Below are positions 40,740 to 50,567 of a DNA stretch of 64,000 nt, one piece after another. Made by a program: the position numbers and the translations under genes. Numbering within the stretch: position 1 is the stretch's first letter; every line of letters starts with the position of its first letter. The notes below the pieces were generated by a model. That model was not told the origin of the DNA. It made no database searches and saw only the letters and a list, made by a program, of their open reading frames with translations. The stretch comes from a virus: positions 10,773 to 74,772 of the IMG/VR virus record IMGVR_UViG_3300013772_000003; one strand, 5' to 3'.

Positions 40740-41339
40740 TTAGGACAAATGTGCTGGGTTGACTTTCGAAACATCCACATGTCCCGTAATTCCGGGTACA
40801 GTTGCTGCATCTGAGTATTGCCACCAATACCAATCCGGAAGTCCTACCGGCACTTTAGGCGCAGCTCCGTTGTTGTACTCGGCGATCCAAATCTTGATGT
40901 TGGGAAAATCAGCAGCTACAAAATGTTCCGATTCAAAAAATGCTAATCCGGAATACAACATCAGATTTGTTTTTCCTGCTTCCCTAAGCACGTTAAAGAA
41001 CGTCTTAGCCCACAAAATCACCTGTGCCGGCGGAAGATTCATCTTGTTTGTTTCGATGTCCAAGGCTAATGGGAGTTTTGTTTCAGGAATATTAGACAGG
41101 CTTGCTATAAAGTAATTTGCCTCCGCAGTTGCGTCTGTTACTACGTCAGGAACATTTAGTGTTGCAAAGTGATACGCGCCAAAATCTATACCAAGCAAAT
41201 GACACTGGGTTGCGTTATACACGAACTTACTGTCCATACAGCCCACACCTTCGTTTGCTTTCAGCATTGCTCCTAATATAGCAGGCTTTACCTTACTCCA
41301 CACTACGTTGGAATTGTTTGAAGAAATATCTATGATCAT
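40740..41339 (-). CDS. Endolysin, glycoside hydrolase family 25
   Basis: IDISSNN, KANEG, GAYHF, LDIE, WIAEY, WQYS, VDVS. Confidence 0.9.
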   Translation of the reverse strand: MIIDISSNNSNVVWSKVKPAILGAMLKANEGVGCMDSKFVYNATQCHLLGIDFGAYHFATLNVPDVVTDATAEANYFIASLSNIPETKLPLALDIETNKMNLPPAQVILWAKTFFNVLREAGKTNLMLYSGLAFFESEHFVAADFPNIKIWIAEYNNGAAPKVPVGLPDWYWWQYSDAATVPGITGHVDVSKVNPAHLS

Positions 41340-41344
41340 TTTGT

Positions 41345-41614
41345 TTAATTATGGTTTAAAAGCTTTTCAATAATCCACACAATTGCGGTGCCTATGACGC
41401 CCCCTATTGTGCCAATTATTCCTATCTTCGCCTTCTTAATCGCCTGCGTTGTTTCATACGTGGAGATAAAACTATCTAATTTGGACTGAATTTGTGCCAC
41501 CTGAGCAACCAAACCCTTCTTACCGGTGCCTTCATCATTATGAAGATACATAAGTATCTTATTAACATTATCTTTCAAGTATTCAATATCTCTTTCTGAC
41601 ATAACCTTAGACAT
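41345..41614 (-). CDS. Putative holin (coiled coil plus C-terminal TM helix)
   Basis: Adjacent to the endolysin; IGIIGTIGGVIGTAIVWII. Confidence 0.5.
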   Translation of the reverse strand: MSKVMSERDIEYLKDNVNKILMYLHNDEGTGKKGLVAQVAQIQSKLDSFISTYETTQAIKKAKIGIIGTIGGVIGTAIVWIIEKLLNHN

Positions 41615-42755
41615 TCGAATTGTTTATCTTTTGTAACTCTTTATCATACCATTTATCTGCTCGAACTTTTTCCAAATATACTTTCTTTTTTTCTAAATAA
41701 TCGACAGAGGTCTGGTTTGTTTTCAGCTCAATTGCTGCGCGATATGCCTGCTTCTTCTTTGCTAATTCTAAATCACTCTCTACAACAGAGGAGTTAACCA
41801 CGGCATCCTGCTGCACAAATTCCGCCAAAGCTTGTTCATAAATTTTATTGTTACTCATCGCCTTAACCAGCACGGGAGAAACCTCTATAAGGATAAACAA
41901 CATGGTAATGAAATTATCTGCCAAATTCACCGTATCACTGCTCTCTTTTAAAACAGAAAGCGCTCTAAGTCGCATAAGTAAATCTGGTTGTTCAGGAAAT
42001 ATTATCTTTTTTGTGCTGTCCATTTCCCGCAATTGCTTCTGCAATCCGGAAATCCTTTCTGCGTTGTATTGTTCGTATGTACGAGTTTGGGCAACCAACT
42101 CCTGTCTACGTGTAGAAATCTCAGACGCTATTTTTGACAATAGTACTCGACTTTTTTGTAATTGTGCTGCAAATGTATTTACCGTGTCTCTTTTTGCTTT
42201 ATATAAAAGCACTGCGTGGGCTACAGTTACAGACTTCTCACGGACCACAAGCTCCTTTAATATTGCGTCCTCAGAATGCCCAATTGCTTTTTTATCTTGA
42301 TCAATAAGCCGTATAAGATCCTGCTTGTTCCTATTAAACCGGTCTTCTTCTGTGTTCTTCCGCGCTTGTTGCTCCTGTTGTATTGTTTCTTTAACAGAGA
42401 CCTCAAACAATTTCAGTTCAAGAGGTTTTGATATTGTGATCGCCAACACTAAGCTGATTAAAATCCGAGGAAGTACTGAGAAAATTTTGTTCAATAATTT
42501 GGTTCCTGTGAACGCAGTAGCTACAATATACCGGTCCAAATTAAAAATAAGGCTTCCCCACAACACCCCAAAAAGGACAGAATAAAAAGGATTACCAAAT
42601 ACAAAGTAAAGAGCATATCCGCCGGAAACACACGCCAACAGAGCTGTCAGGAAGACAGAAAGTCCCACACTAACCGCCTTGGTTGTTTCTGTAGGACATT
42701 TTTCTAAAACGCGCTTATCTACTCCACTACAAAATATGATAAACCGTTTGAACAT
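41607..42755 (-). CDS. DUF4407-family membrane coiled-coil protein
   Basis: FCSGVD..LEKCPTE, WGSLIFNLDRYIV, PRILIS..LAITISKPLELKLF, IEVSPVLVK. Confidence 0.8.
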   Translation of the reverse strand: MFKRFIIFCSGVDKRVLEKCPTETTKAVSVGLSVFLTALLACVSGGYALYFVFGNPFYSVLFGVLWGSLIFNLDRYIVATAFTGTKLLNKIFSVLPRILISLVLAITISKPLELKLFEVSVKETIQQEQQARKNTEEDRFNRNKQDLIRLIDQDKKAIGHSEDAILKELVVREKSVTVAHAVLLYKAKRDTVNTFAAQLQKSRVLLSKIASEISTRRQELVAQTRTYEQYNAERISGLQKQLREMDSTKKIIFPEQPDLLMRLRALSVLKESSDTVNLADNFITMLFILIEVSPVLVKAMSNNKIYEQALAEFVQQDAVVNSSVVESDLELAKKKQAYRAAIELKTNQTSVDYLEKKKVYLEKVRADKWYDKELQKINNSNV

Positions 42756-42757
42756 TT

Positions 42758-43036
42758 TTATTCTTGTTTTTCACAGGCATCCAAAGTCTCCAACATCTGA
42801 GCCTTTGCCGCAATAGTTAAAGTGGAATGTTCATTTATAAACTCCACCAAATTTTTTAAATCCGATTTGTCCAGCGTTACCTCTTTATTATCGTAAAAAG
42901 ACTGTGCCCATCCGAAAAATTTAAGAGCGTCACCCTTTGCAGCGTTAGCTAATTGTTCTGCAAGAACTTTTCCCATAGGAGCTATAGGTGTTTTATCCAA
43001 GCCTAAAATGTCTTTGTTTAAATTTATCTTTATCAT
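42758..43036 (-). CDS. Putative tail-fibre chaperone
   Basis: INLNKDILGLD...VTLDKSDLKNL; own TATATTTG box at 43050-43057. Confidence 0.5.
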   Translation of the reverse strand: MIKINLNKDILGLDKTPIAPMGKVLAEQLANAAKGDALKFFGWAQSFYDNKEVTLDKSDLKNLVEFINEHSTLTIAAKAQMLETLDACEKQE

Positions 43037-43058
43037 AGTTGGTTTTTTACAAATATAA

Positions 43059-43520
43059 TCATTTTTGATTTAATTCTTTTAGGTAGGCGTTTATGGAGTG
43101 ATGAACTCCGAGCGTTTTGGAAAGCGCCCATGTAAGCCACTTACCGTCTTTATTCAACTTTCCCTCCACTTCCTGTTGTCCGGTAGCTGCGGAAATAGTA
43201 ATATTACCTTTTCCATAAAGCGTGTCCCTTTGATCTGTAACCAATCGCTCAATTAGTTTTCCCCCGGCAGCATTACCAATAAGATCCTCTCCAATAGCAA
43301 CATGTAACATTAAATATTTAAGGGCATTCCACACTTGGTAGATTAATTTTAACCAATACTCTATGAAGTGCCCAATACCAAGATAAAATCTTACTTGAAA
43401 TACTTTAATAATAGAACAAAACAGGTTGTAGATAATCCCAACTAAAATAATGATTCCAAAAACAATTGTTCCAGATAACAGCAATAATATCGGGGTGATT
43501 TCTTTCAGCAGCAATTTCAT
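43059..43520 (-). CDS. Membrane protein
   Basis: N-terminal TM segment; DLIGN...TISAATG. Confidence 0.6.
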   Translation of the reverse strand: MKLLLKEITPILLLLSGTIVFGIIILVGIIYNLFCSIIKVFQVRFYLGIGHFIEYWLKLIYQVWNALKYLMLHVAIGEDLIGNAAGGKLIERLVTDQRDTLYGKGNITISAATGQQEVEGKLNKDGKWLTWALSKTLGVHHSINAYLKELNQK

Positions 43521-43753
43521 TAATTATTAGGATAATTAGCGGCAATAAAATCTAAGGCAGCCTGATTTAGTATTGCCTTATCCGCATCAATACTTGTTGA
43601 GGTTGTTAGCGGCACATCAAACGTATCTGTCTTTACAAACCCGTGAGTGTCGCCATCTATACCGGTTACAACGGAAATTTTTTGAGTGCCTGTACCATCG
43701 AGATTATCTTTAAATTGCCCTTCTAAGATTAGATTAATTAAAATGTATTTCAT
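43520..43753 (-). CDS. Fibre-associated small protein (paralog of 46353-46592)
   Basis: DNLDG...AALDFIAANYPNN; probable start MKYIL at 43753. Confidence 0.6.
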   Translation of the reverse strand: MKYILINLILEGQFKDNLDGTGTQKISVVTGIDGDTHGFVKTDTFDVPLTTSTSIDADKAILNQAALDFIAANYPNN

Positions 43754-43766
43754 GTTGTTTGTTTTT

Positions 43767-45977
43767 TTATTGTGATTGAAACCAAGCATTAGGTGTTGAA
43801 CAGTAAACGAAATTAGCTGCCGAATTTGTTCCGGTTGTTAAAATAGTCCCGTTAATAGTTGCAGCCCCAGTACCCGATTGTAAAGTTATTGCGGTAATTA
43901 TTTGTGAAATTGCTATTCCAAACACCTGCCCGTTTACCGGATTGGGAGGAAAAGTAATTGTAAGTGCCGCTAATGTACCGGCAGGGTTACACACTAATTG
44001 TGATACCTGCTGCGTTGCTGTTACCGTAGCAGATGTTACGGGCGTAGTATATTGAACGCTGTTAGCGGCTATCGGAAATCTACCTACCGTAGTGTTTGGA
44101 GTAATATAAAAATTTGTACCATCCGGCTCTATCGTTAATGCTTCTGCGACCGTAGTCAAAGTCCCTGCCGTAAATTTTAAAGGAGCCGTACCTGCGCTTG
44201 CTGTTCCTGCTGCTAAATGAAGTAAGGCGGTCGGTGCAGTTGTAGCCCCTCCTAAATAAGTACTACCTGTATGCTGAACATTACCTACTATACCCAATCC
44301 CCACGCCCTTGTAATTGTAGCATTAGTACCTGCTGTGGGTGCGCCATTAATGTATTGGGTAAAAGCATCTGATATTGTACTTGCTGCAACAAAAGCATGA
44401 GGACGCGCTTTTATTAAGAAGTCGTTGTTTTGTGTTATAGCCCCCGTGTTATGTGTTTGAGTACTTGAAAAATCAAAAAACACAGCATTATTATCAGTAG
44501 ATGCTGTACTACCAGTATTTAAACCTGGTTTTACTTTAAATGTAGGAACTGCACCAGTTGTTTGAGCAACAGTTGATAAATCTAACCAACCAAGACCCAT
44601 GGTCATTGTTGAATTATTACTATTTATTCTCCAAACAAAATTACTTGCTGCCCTCATATAATAAGCACCACCTGAATAGAAAATATAATCAGTTGTTTGA
44701 GCGCCCGGATATAAATAAGACCCATAATTAATGTTATGACTTGCATCTGTTTTTAACCCTGTGCTTGTTGTTATTTGATCCGCATCATTATAATAAGGTA
44801 TTTGATATTGTGCTGATGTTCCTGTTTTACCTACTAACGTAGTAGCCACAGGTGGTAAAGTTGTTATAACAGATGCTTGTTGTGCAAAGGTTGTATTAAA
44901 TGCCCCTGTAGTAGCTAAATTACCCGCAAGTGTAAGTGTATTACTTCCGTTATTAACCCCCGTACCTCCGTAAGTAGGACTAATAAGAGTACCGTTCCAA
45001 GTTCCTGTAGTAATTACCCCTGTATTTGCAGTTACTACTAATCCGTTAAGGCTTGTAACTCCGGTAAGAGCCCCTAAAGTCAAGGTGATTGCCGGTGTTG
45101 TAGAGGCATTTGCGACCGATCCGCTTACTCCCTGATTAGTTACTACGGACACAGTAGTCACACTACCAGACCCCGCAGCAGCCCAACTTGTATTCGTCCC
45201 ATCTGTGGTCAAGAACAGTCCACCAAAAGTAGCCTGTGAAGGAGCTAACGCATTAAAAGCATTGTTTGCTGTGGTTTGCCCGGTTCCTCCGTTTGTAATG
45301 CCTAAAGTGCCGGTAATAGTAGAGGTACTTAATGCTACCGTAAACCCGGCGCCCGTAGCTCCCGAAGTTAACGTGCCGACCCCTACCAACGACGGCAAAG
45401 AAGTTACCGCCGTAGTAACTAATGTTCCTGTTGTTGGTAATGTAATGTTGGTTGTACCGGTTGTGGTAAGAGTAACTCCGAATTCTCCTGAGACAAGAAC
45501 GGGATTCACAGCTATAGTCTCTATTATATTATTATATGTAAGGTTACTCAGGTAAATCCCTTTTATCTCTACGGAATAAATTAATGCTACAAACGCATCA
45601 GTATACACTCCGGAAGTGGTCCACGCACCGGTAAGTGTATTAAGAGTTGCTGTAACTATCGTGCCTCCCGCTGTAGTAGGGCTTTGAAACGTCGGCTTAT
45701 TGCTGCCATCAATCTTCGAAAGAACGCAATTACCCGCGAGACCAAACTCATCCGCGTTAATGGTTGCTTGGGCTGGGAGGGTAAGGGTGCCGCTTGCTCC
45801 TGACACAACCTCATAATATGTAATCTTGTACTCATTGTTTTTTAGTGTTGTGACGTCTACGCTTACTGCGTTAACATCTGTCATAGTAGCAAAAACATTA
45901 GCAATGCTGGGACTATTAGCGCCATCTAATGCCTGTACAATCTCTGTTGAGAATATCTGCCTTAATTCTACTCCCAT
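43767..45977 (-). CDS. Tail fibre protein (long)
   Basis: T/G/A-rich; LGITNGGTG, GSGSVTTV, TAPTALLHLAAGT fibre motifs. Confidence 0.8.
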   Translation of the reverse strand: MGVELRQIFSTEIVQALDGANSPSIANVFATMTDVNAVSVDVTTLKNNEYKITYYEVVSGASGTLTLPAQATINADEFGLAGNCVLSKIDGSNKPTFQSPTTAGGTIVTATLNTLTGAWTTSGVYTDAFVALIYSVEIKGIYLSNLTYNNIIETIAVNPVLVSGEFGVTLTTTGTTNITLPTTGTLVTTAVTSLPSLVGVGTLTSGATGAGFTVALSTSTITGTLGITNGGTGQTTANNAFNALAPSQATFGGLFLTTDGTNTSWAAAGSGSVTTVSVVTNQGVSGSVANASTTPAITLTLGALTGVTSLNGLVVTANTGVITTGTWNGTLISPTYGGTGVNNGSNTLTLAGNLATTGAFNTTFAQQASVITTLPPVATTLVGKTGTSAQYQIPYYNDADQITTSTGLKTDASHNINYGSYLYPGAQTTDYIFYSGGAYYMRAASNFVWRINSNNSTMTMGLGWLDLSTVAQTTGAVPTFKVKPGLNTGSTASTDNNAVFFDFSSTQTHNTGAITQNNDFLIKARPHAFVAASTISDAFTQYINGAPTAGTNATITRAWGLGIVGNVQHTGSTYLGGATTAPTALLHLAAGTASAGTAPLKFTAGTLTTVAEALTIEPDGTNFYITPNTTVGRFPIAANSVQYTTPVTSATVTATQQVSQLVCNPAGTLAALTITFPPNPVNGQVFGIAISQIITAITLQSGTGAATINGTILTTGTNSAANFVYCSTPNAWFQSQ

Positions 45978-45992
45978 CTCTTTAAACGTATA

Positions 45993-46343
45993 TTATTTCT
46001 TCAATACCGAGTCCAAGTAACTCATAAACTCAAATGCTTCTTTGGATGTAGAGTTGATGATAACATTTTCCTCAACACATTTTTTCAGGAGATCGTACTC
46101 GTTCTCCTCCAAATCAATCTGACCTGAAGCATTTTTTAGTTTGTCTATAAGTTCTAACCGTTTTCCTAACTCAGAAGTACCTGCCTTATTCCAGCCTCCG
46201 GACGGAGCAGACTCTGCCGCAAGAACAAATAAACTAAAATAAGAAGTGGTGTCGGAAGCTTGTTCTGCCTGCGTAATAGATCCTTTGTCCCAAATGATTT
46301 TTTTGTTTGGAAAAATAATTTCTTTGTCTACAATGTTTCTCAT
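45993..46343 (-). CDS. Putative tail-fibre chaperone
   Basis: KRLELIDKL...IDLEENEYDLLKKCV. Confidence 0.5.
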   Translation of the reverse strand: MRNIVDKEIIFPNKKIIWDKGSITQAEQASDTTSYFSLFVLAAESAPSGGWNKAGTSELGKRLELIDKLKNASGQIDLEENEYDLLKKCVEENVIINSTSKEAFEFMSYLDSVLKK

Positions 46344-46352
46344 ACTTGTTGG

Positions 46353-46592
46353 TTATATATTGGGATAATGAGCTGTTATGTATGCCTGTGCAGCAGCTTG
46401 CAATTTTGTATCAATCTCAACTTGTGAATCAGTTTTTAAAAAGTTGAAGGTGCTTAACTGTTTAGAATAAAAGTCAGAATAAGCATTTCCAACTATATTC
46501 GAAATTACCACTATCTGCCAATCGCGACTTACTCCATCTTTGTTGTCTACAGGAGCACCAACTACATTTGCATCTTTTAATTCGTAGGTCAT
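46353..46592 (-). CDS. Fibre-associated small protein
   Basis: DNKDG...AAQAYITAHYPNI. Confidence 0.6.
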   Translation of the reverse strand: MTYELKDANVVGAPVDNKDGVSRDWQIVVISNIVGNAYSDFYSKQLSTFNFLKTDSQVEIDTKLQAAAQAYITAHYPNI

Positions 46593-46609
46593 ATTATTTG
46601 TTTTTTAAA

Positions 46610-47728
46610 TTATACTATTGATAATACCCCAAGATTATTCCAAACATCCCCCGTTACTAATCCCGCAGAAGAAACCGGTAAATTTCCTATGTTTAATGTT
46701 GAGGTGGATGTGGCTGCGTTACCGCCAATACCTACGTTTGCATTAAATCTAAGTCTTTGGTTTCCCAAGGATGCGTCAGATGTTCCTACAATTAATGAGT
46801 TAGTTAATTCATTTGCTGCAGTTGTCCTTGCCCTATTATCAATAAACAACATATAGTTTGCCGCAGTTTGATTTAAACCAGAGTAACTTCCAAGAAAAAT
46901 ATTATTACTTCCATTGTTAGAATTACCCGCTGCGTATCCTGCGGCAAAATTCAAATCACCGTTTGAAGTCGATAACCCTGAGGTTGGAGTAATGACTACA
47001 TTATAGCTTCCCGTTGTATTAGTATTAAAAGAATTAGTACCAATAATTATATTTAATGAACCTGATGTATTTGCAGTTGCTGAATTACTACCAAATACCT
47101 GATTATTAGAACCTGCTCCGTTTGATGTTAGCAACCTATTACCAACAGCCGTGTTTTCATTTCCAGTAACACTTCCCACCAACACAGAATACCCAACAGC
47201 AGTGTTATCTGCACCAGATGTTAGTGATTTAAGTGATAAATATCCCACAGCAGTATTGGCTTGACCAGTTGTTGTAGACTGTAAACAATTTACTCCCAAT
47301 ACAGTGTTATTGCCAAACAATCCAGCACCTCTACCAATAGTCATGTCCATCAACAAAGTATACCCATCATTTCTAACAGAAAACAAGTTAGCCGTTACAC
47401 TGTCTTGTGCTACAAAAGCATAATTAACTGACCCAAAATCTAAACCTGCTACACGAAGTCTTGCAAACGCATTCGGAACATAACCAATTCCTACATTACC
47501 TACCGCGCTAATTCGCACTCTCTCGACATTATTGGTTACAATAGGAAAATCAAAATTGTCGTTTGTACCTATGTATTGTTCTGAGCCATTAGTGTTCCCG
47601 TTTAAATCCCACGCGGACCCCACCGGTATATCAGCAAGTGTGGCAAAAGGATTTCCTAATGTAGGAGTGTGTGCCTGTTCTAAGGCTTGAACAATATCTG
47701 TCGAAAATAATTGTCTTTCTATTACCAT
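46610..47728 (-). CDS. Tail fibre/spike with YadA-like NTAVG beta-roll repeats
   Basis: AWDLNGN..IGTND, TNNVERVRI, repeated TTGxxNTAVG, GLVTGDVWNN. Confidence 0.8.
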   Translation of the reverse strand: MVIERQLFSTDIVQALEQAHTPTLGNPFATLADIPVGSAWDLNGNTNGSEQYIGTNDNFDFPIVTNNVERVRISAVGNVGIGYVPNAFARLRVAGLDFGSVNYAFVAQDSVTANLFSVRNDGYTLLMDMTIGRGAGLFGNNTVLGVNCLQSTTTGQANTAVGYLSLKSLTSGADNTAVGYSVLVGSVTGNENTAVGNRLLTSNGAGSNNQVFGSNSATANTSGSLNIIIGTNSFNTNTTGSYNVVITPTSGLSTSNGDLNFAAGYAAGNSNNGSNNIFLGSYSGLNQTAANYMLFIDNRARTTAANELTNSLIVGTSDASLGNQRLRFNANVGIGGNAATSTSTLNIGNLPVSSAGLVTGDVWNNLGVLSIV

Positions 47729-47734
47729 GACGTA

Positions 47735-48088
47735 TTAAACTACGGTATCAATTCTAACAGATCCTGCTGTAACAGTATAAGGCATTCCCAAAAGGGTTTT
47801 ACCTGACGCAGAGTCAAACCCATAAAAAGTAGAAGCATTGGCTGTAACGCCATTTATGGTTCCGGTAAAACCGGTAGAAGTTGTAAATCCTATGGAAGTA
47901 GCGCCGGCAGCAACTGAACCGGAAGCGGCAGTACTTATAGAGGTAACGGTTTGTGTCCCTCCTGCACCAGCTCCTGCCGCAATTATAATAAGTTGATCCT
48001 GAATAACCTTCTGCATCTGCAGCATTGACAACTGCCACTTAAAGTTGTTGCCTTTACTGCCGTCTGTGTGATCGTGACCTACGCCCAT
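47735..48088 (-). CDS. Small virion/fibre protein
   Basis: KGNNFKWQL N-terminus, beta-rich C-terminus; first gene of the late strand. Confidence 0.55.
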   Translation of the reverse strand: MGVGHDHTDGSKGNNFKWQLSMLQMQKVIQDQLIIIAAGAGAGGTQTVTSISTAASGSVAAGATSIGFTTSTGFTGTINGVTANASTFYGFDSASGKTLLGMPYTVTAGSVRIDTVV

Positions 48089-48357
48089 GATGTTGTGGAG
48101 TTAATGAGTTTGGTGTAAAGATAGTGTGGATTCAGGAAAATTTCGATACTCGCGGGCTTAGTGTAGCCAAAAACTTATTAACAATGTGTTTTTTGTAACA
48201 AAGTACTCCGTAAATTTGCCTCAGTTGAGGATAGCTTTTTAGAAGGGGCTGTACTCCACAACCAAAATATTAAAAATAGTCGCAGTCACACTGCACAAAA
48301 TATCCCTTAACCAAAGCCCCTTCTGTTTACTCGGTTGGGGATTTTTGTTTTTAGGAT

Positions 48358-49071
48358 ATGTACATAGCAATAGACACCATACAATACAGTGCAGATAGCG
48401 CAGAAGCAAAAGACCTTGCTGCCTTCCTTTGGTTTAAAAGCAAGTACTCAAATTCCTGTTACTTTAAATGGTCTTTAAAATCTATTGCAGATAAAACAAA
48501 AGTTTCTCGCACTGTAGTTCGCAAATACATCCAAAAATTCATCGAACTCGGCTGGTGCCGAGTGCATGGGAAAAATCTTATCTTCAAAAAAACCTCTGAA
48601 TTATACCTCATTAATACAAGAAAATTATATGTAAAAATAAACCTTGAAGGGTCGATGCGAGACATCCTTGAGGAACTATTCCTCGCACTATTAAAAAGAA
48701 AAGCAAATCAATTTGACTTCGTTAAGCAACTCTGGGGAGACAAAAGAAATGGTAACACTGAATCTGTTGGACACTACAAAAAAATTCAAAAATTTTGTAA
48801 AGGTCGAGAGGTAAAGCAAAGTGCAATCCAAGGATTTTCTTATTCGCTATCAAAATGCGCCAATCTTTTTAACACATCTATACCAACAACCTCAAGAATA
48901 CTTCGGAGTTTATACAAAAAAGGAAAGTTTGTAACCGTAAAAAACTCCGTAGTTCTTGGAAGTATTAAAAAATCTCGCGGAATGCGAGAAGCATTAAACC
49001 ACGTTCCGGGAGCCTTTGTTTCTTCCTCCGGACTTATAATAAAGAAACTATGCAATTCATATATTTTTTAA
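48358..49071 (+). CDS. Double winged-helix DNA-binding protein (replication-initiator-like)
   Basis: SLKSIADKTKVSRTVVRKYIQKFIELGW and SLSKCANLFNTSIPTTSRILRSLYKKG. Confidence 0.55.
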   Translation: MYIAIDTIQYSADSAEAKDLAAFLWFKSKYSNSCYFKWSLKSIADKTKVSRTVVRKYIQKFIELGWCRVHGKNLIFKKTSELYLINTRKLYVKINLEGSMRDILEELFLALLKRKANQFDFVKQLWGDKRNGNTESVGHYKKIQKFCKGREVKQSAIQGFSYSLSKCANLFNTSIPTTSRILRSLYKKGKFVTVKNSVVLGSIKKSRGMREALNHVPGAFVSSSGLIIKKLCNSYIF

Positions 49072-49116
49072 GCATGTTCTTTTTTGATAACATATTATGG
49101 TAACTCATAAGGTTAT

Positions 49117-49815
49117 GTGCTTAGTTATAATTTTTTATATATTAATAGCAGTAGTATACGCACCATACAGCACAGAGAGATGAGAAGAAAGAGGACGTCC
49201 AAAGCACATAAGTCGTTTATCAAGAAGTTGTTTAGACGACAAGACCCTAAAGCCTTTGTGGGCATATACAAGATAACTTGTAGCATTACGGAAGAATTCT
49301 ATATAGGAAGTTCAACGGACATCTCTAAAAGATGGAAGTGGCATCTATACGAACTTAAAAACAAAGTGCATGGTAATTATCGCTTACAAGGACTATACAA
49401 CACGCACGGAGAAAAGGGATTGACTTTTGAAATCATTTGGAAGTCAAACATAAAGCCTATGGACAGGGTAAAGCTATACGAAATAGAGCAGGGGCACATT
49501 GACAGGCTCAAACCCACTATTAATATCGAACTGATTGTATCTATCGACGGCAAAAGGGCGGCTGCTAAAGCAAGACCTGCAAAAATAAAAGCTCTAAAAG
49601 GAAACGACCAGCCCCTCCCACAACATAAACCAAAGAAAAAACAGCCCAAGAACAAAAAGTACAACCACCTCAAAAGAAAAGATAATAGTCCGACGGGTCT
49701 TGCAAAACGTATTGCAAAGGCGATTGCGATTCTAAACGCGCCCCCACGACCGGGAGGGGTAAATCCCCACAAAAGAAAACATACCTATAACGCAGGTAAT
49801 AGAAAAATGTGGTGA
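49117..49815 (+). CDS. GIY-YIG endonuclease
   Basis: GIYKIT...FYIGSS.DISKRW..H, E..HI....P.IN; likely start at 49180. Confidence 0.85.
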   Translation: MLSYNFLYINSSSIRTIQHREMRRKRTSKAHKSFIKKLFRRQDPKAFVGIYKITCSITEEFYIGSSTDISKRWKWHLYELKNKVHGNYRLQGLYNTHGEKGLTFEIIWKSNIKPMDRVKLYEIEQGHIDRLKPTINIELIVSIDGKRAAAKARPAKIKALKGNDQPLPQHKPKKKQPKNKKYNHLKRKDNSPTGLAKRIAKAIAILNAPPRPGGVNPHKRKHTYNAGNRKMW

Positions 49816-50180
49816 ACCTAATACCAGAATAACTACCACTTGCCGGTTACTCCACAACATGTCCTGAAGATTCCATAACGGGAAACTCTTGCTCCTTTTC
49901 AGGATCATTAAATCTGTGGTATACCCATACCTTACTGGTGTAAGTTTGCTTGTTCTTCTTTGCGTGCACAACACGAAGAAATGCTGCTACTTTTTGTAGC
50001 GTTGTTTTTTGTTCGGCTTCCATACCTTTTGTTTTTAGTGAACATTAAAGGTATCTTAAGCACAAAGAGGTTGGTGGTAAAATTCGATGAAATGGGAGTT
50101 TTTATAGCCAAATAAAGCAAATAAAAAGTAGAAATATCTACTTCCTGAAAAAAACACAGGATCAGCTTGGAAAGAGCCGG

Positions 50181-50567
50181 TTACTTGCGCAAAATTCTGT
50201 CATAAAACAACGAGAACACTACATTCCACAAGCAACCTGATACACAGAACATAAGTACAAAACAGTACCAAGGAAGTTCTATTGTCGCAGTGTGGGCGAT
50301 GTATCCTACTAAGGCAATCGTTGCACAAAGACAAACAATCATAATACTTTTGAAGCAATGCCATGCATCTGTGAAGGCTACAGGAATACTCCGTTGCGGT
50401 TTAGTAGGATCGCTGTCTACATATTTATTCTTCCAACTAATACTTGGGTCCCAAAAAGTAGCGTTCTTATTCCAGAAAACAGAAGTAGTGTAATGATGTA
50501 CCAAAGTGTCCATAACAGCATTGGATGCGGCAGCAATCATAAATAGGAGTATTGAAAGTATGATCAT
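50181..50567 (-). CDS. Membrane protein
   Basis: NAVMD, SWKNKY, FTDAWH; about three TM helices. Confidence 0.65.
   Translation of the reverse strand: MIILSILLFMIAAASNAVMDTLVHHYTTSVFWNKNATFWDPSISWKNKYVDSDPTKPQRSIPVAFTDAWHCFKSIMIVCLCATIALVGYIAHTATIELPWYCFVLMFCVSGCLWNVVFSLFYDRILRK

Noticed and set aside
1624-46020. Many short plus-strand ORFs in the late region
   Set aside because: They are antisense to well-supported minus-strand genes.
1-48100. Stop-codon reassignment as in some Crassvirales
   Set aside because: Core genes are full length in the standard code, and TAG/TGA end genes at expected positions.
23461-48190. Scattered TT(A/T)T(T/C)AACA DnaA-box-like words
   Set aside because: Not clustered and AT-rich; compatible with chance.
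49849-49867. Plus-strand ACTCCAC followed by ATG
   Set aside because: Followed by a 2-codon ORF, so not counted as a functional box.
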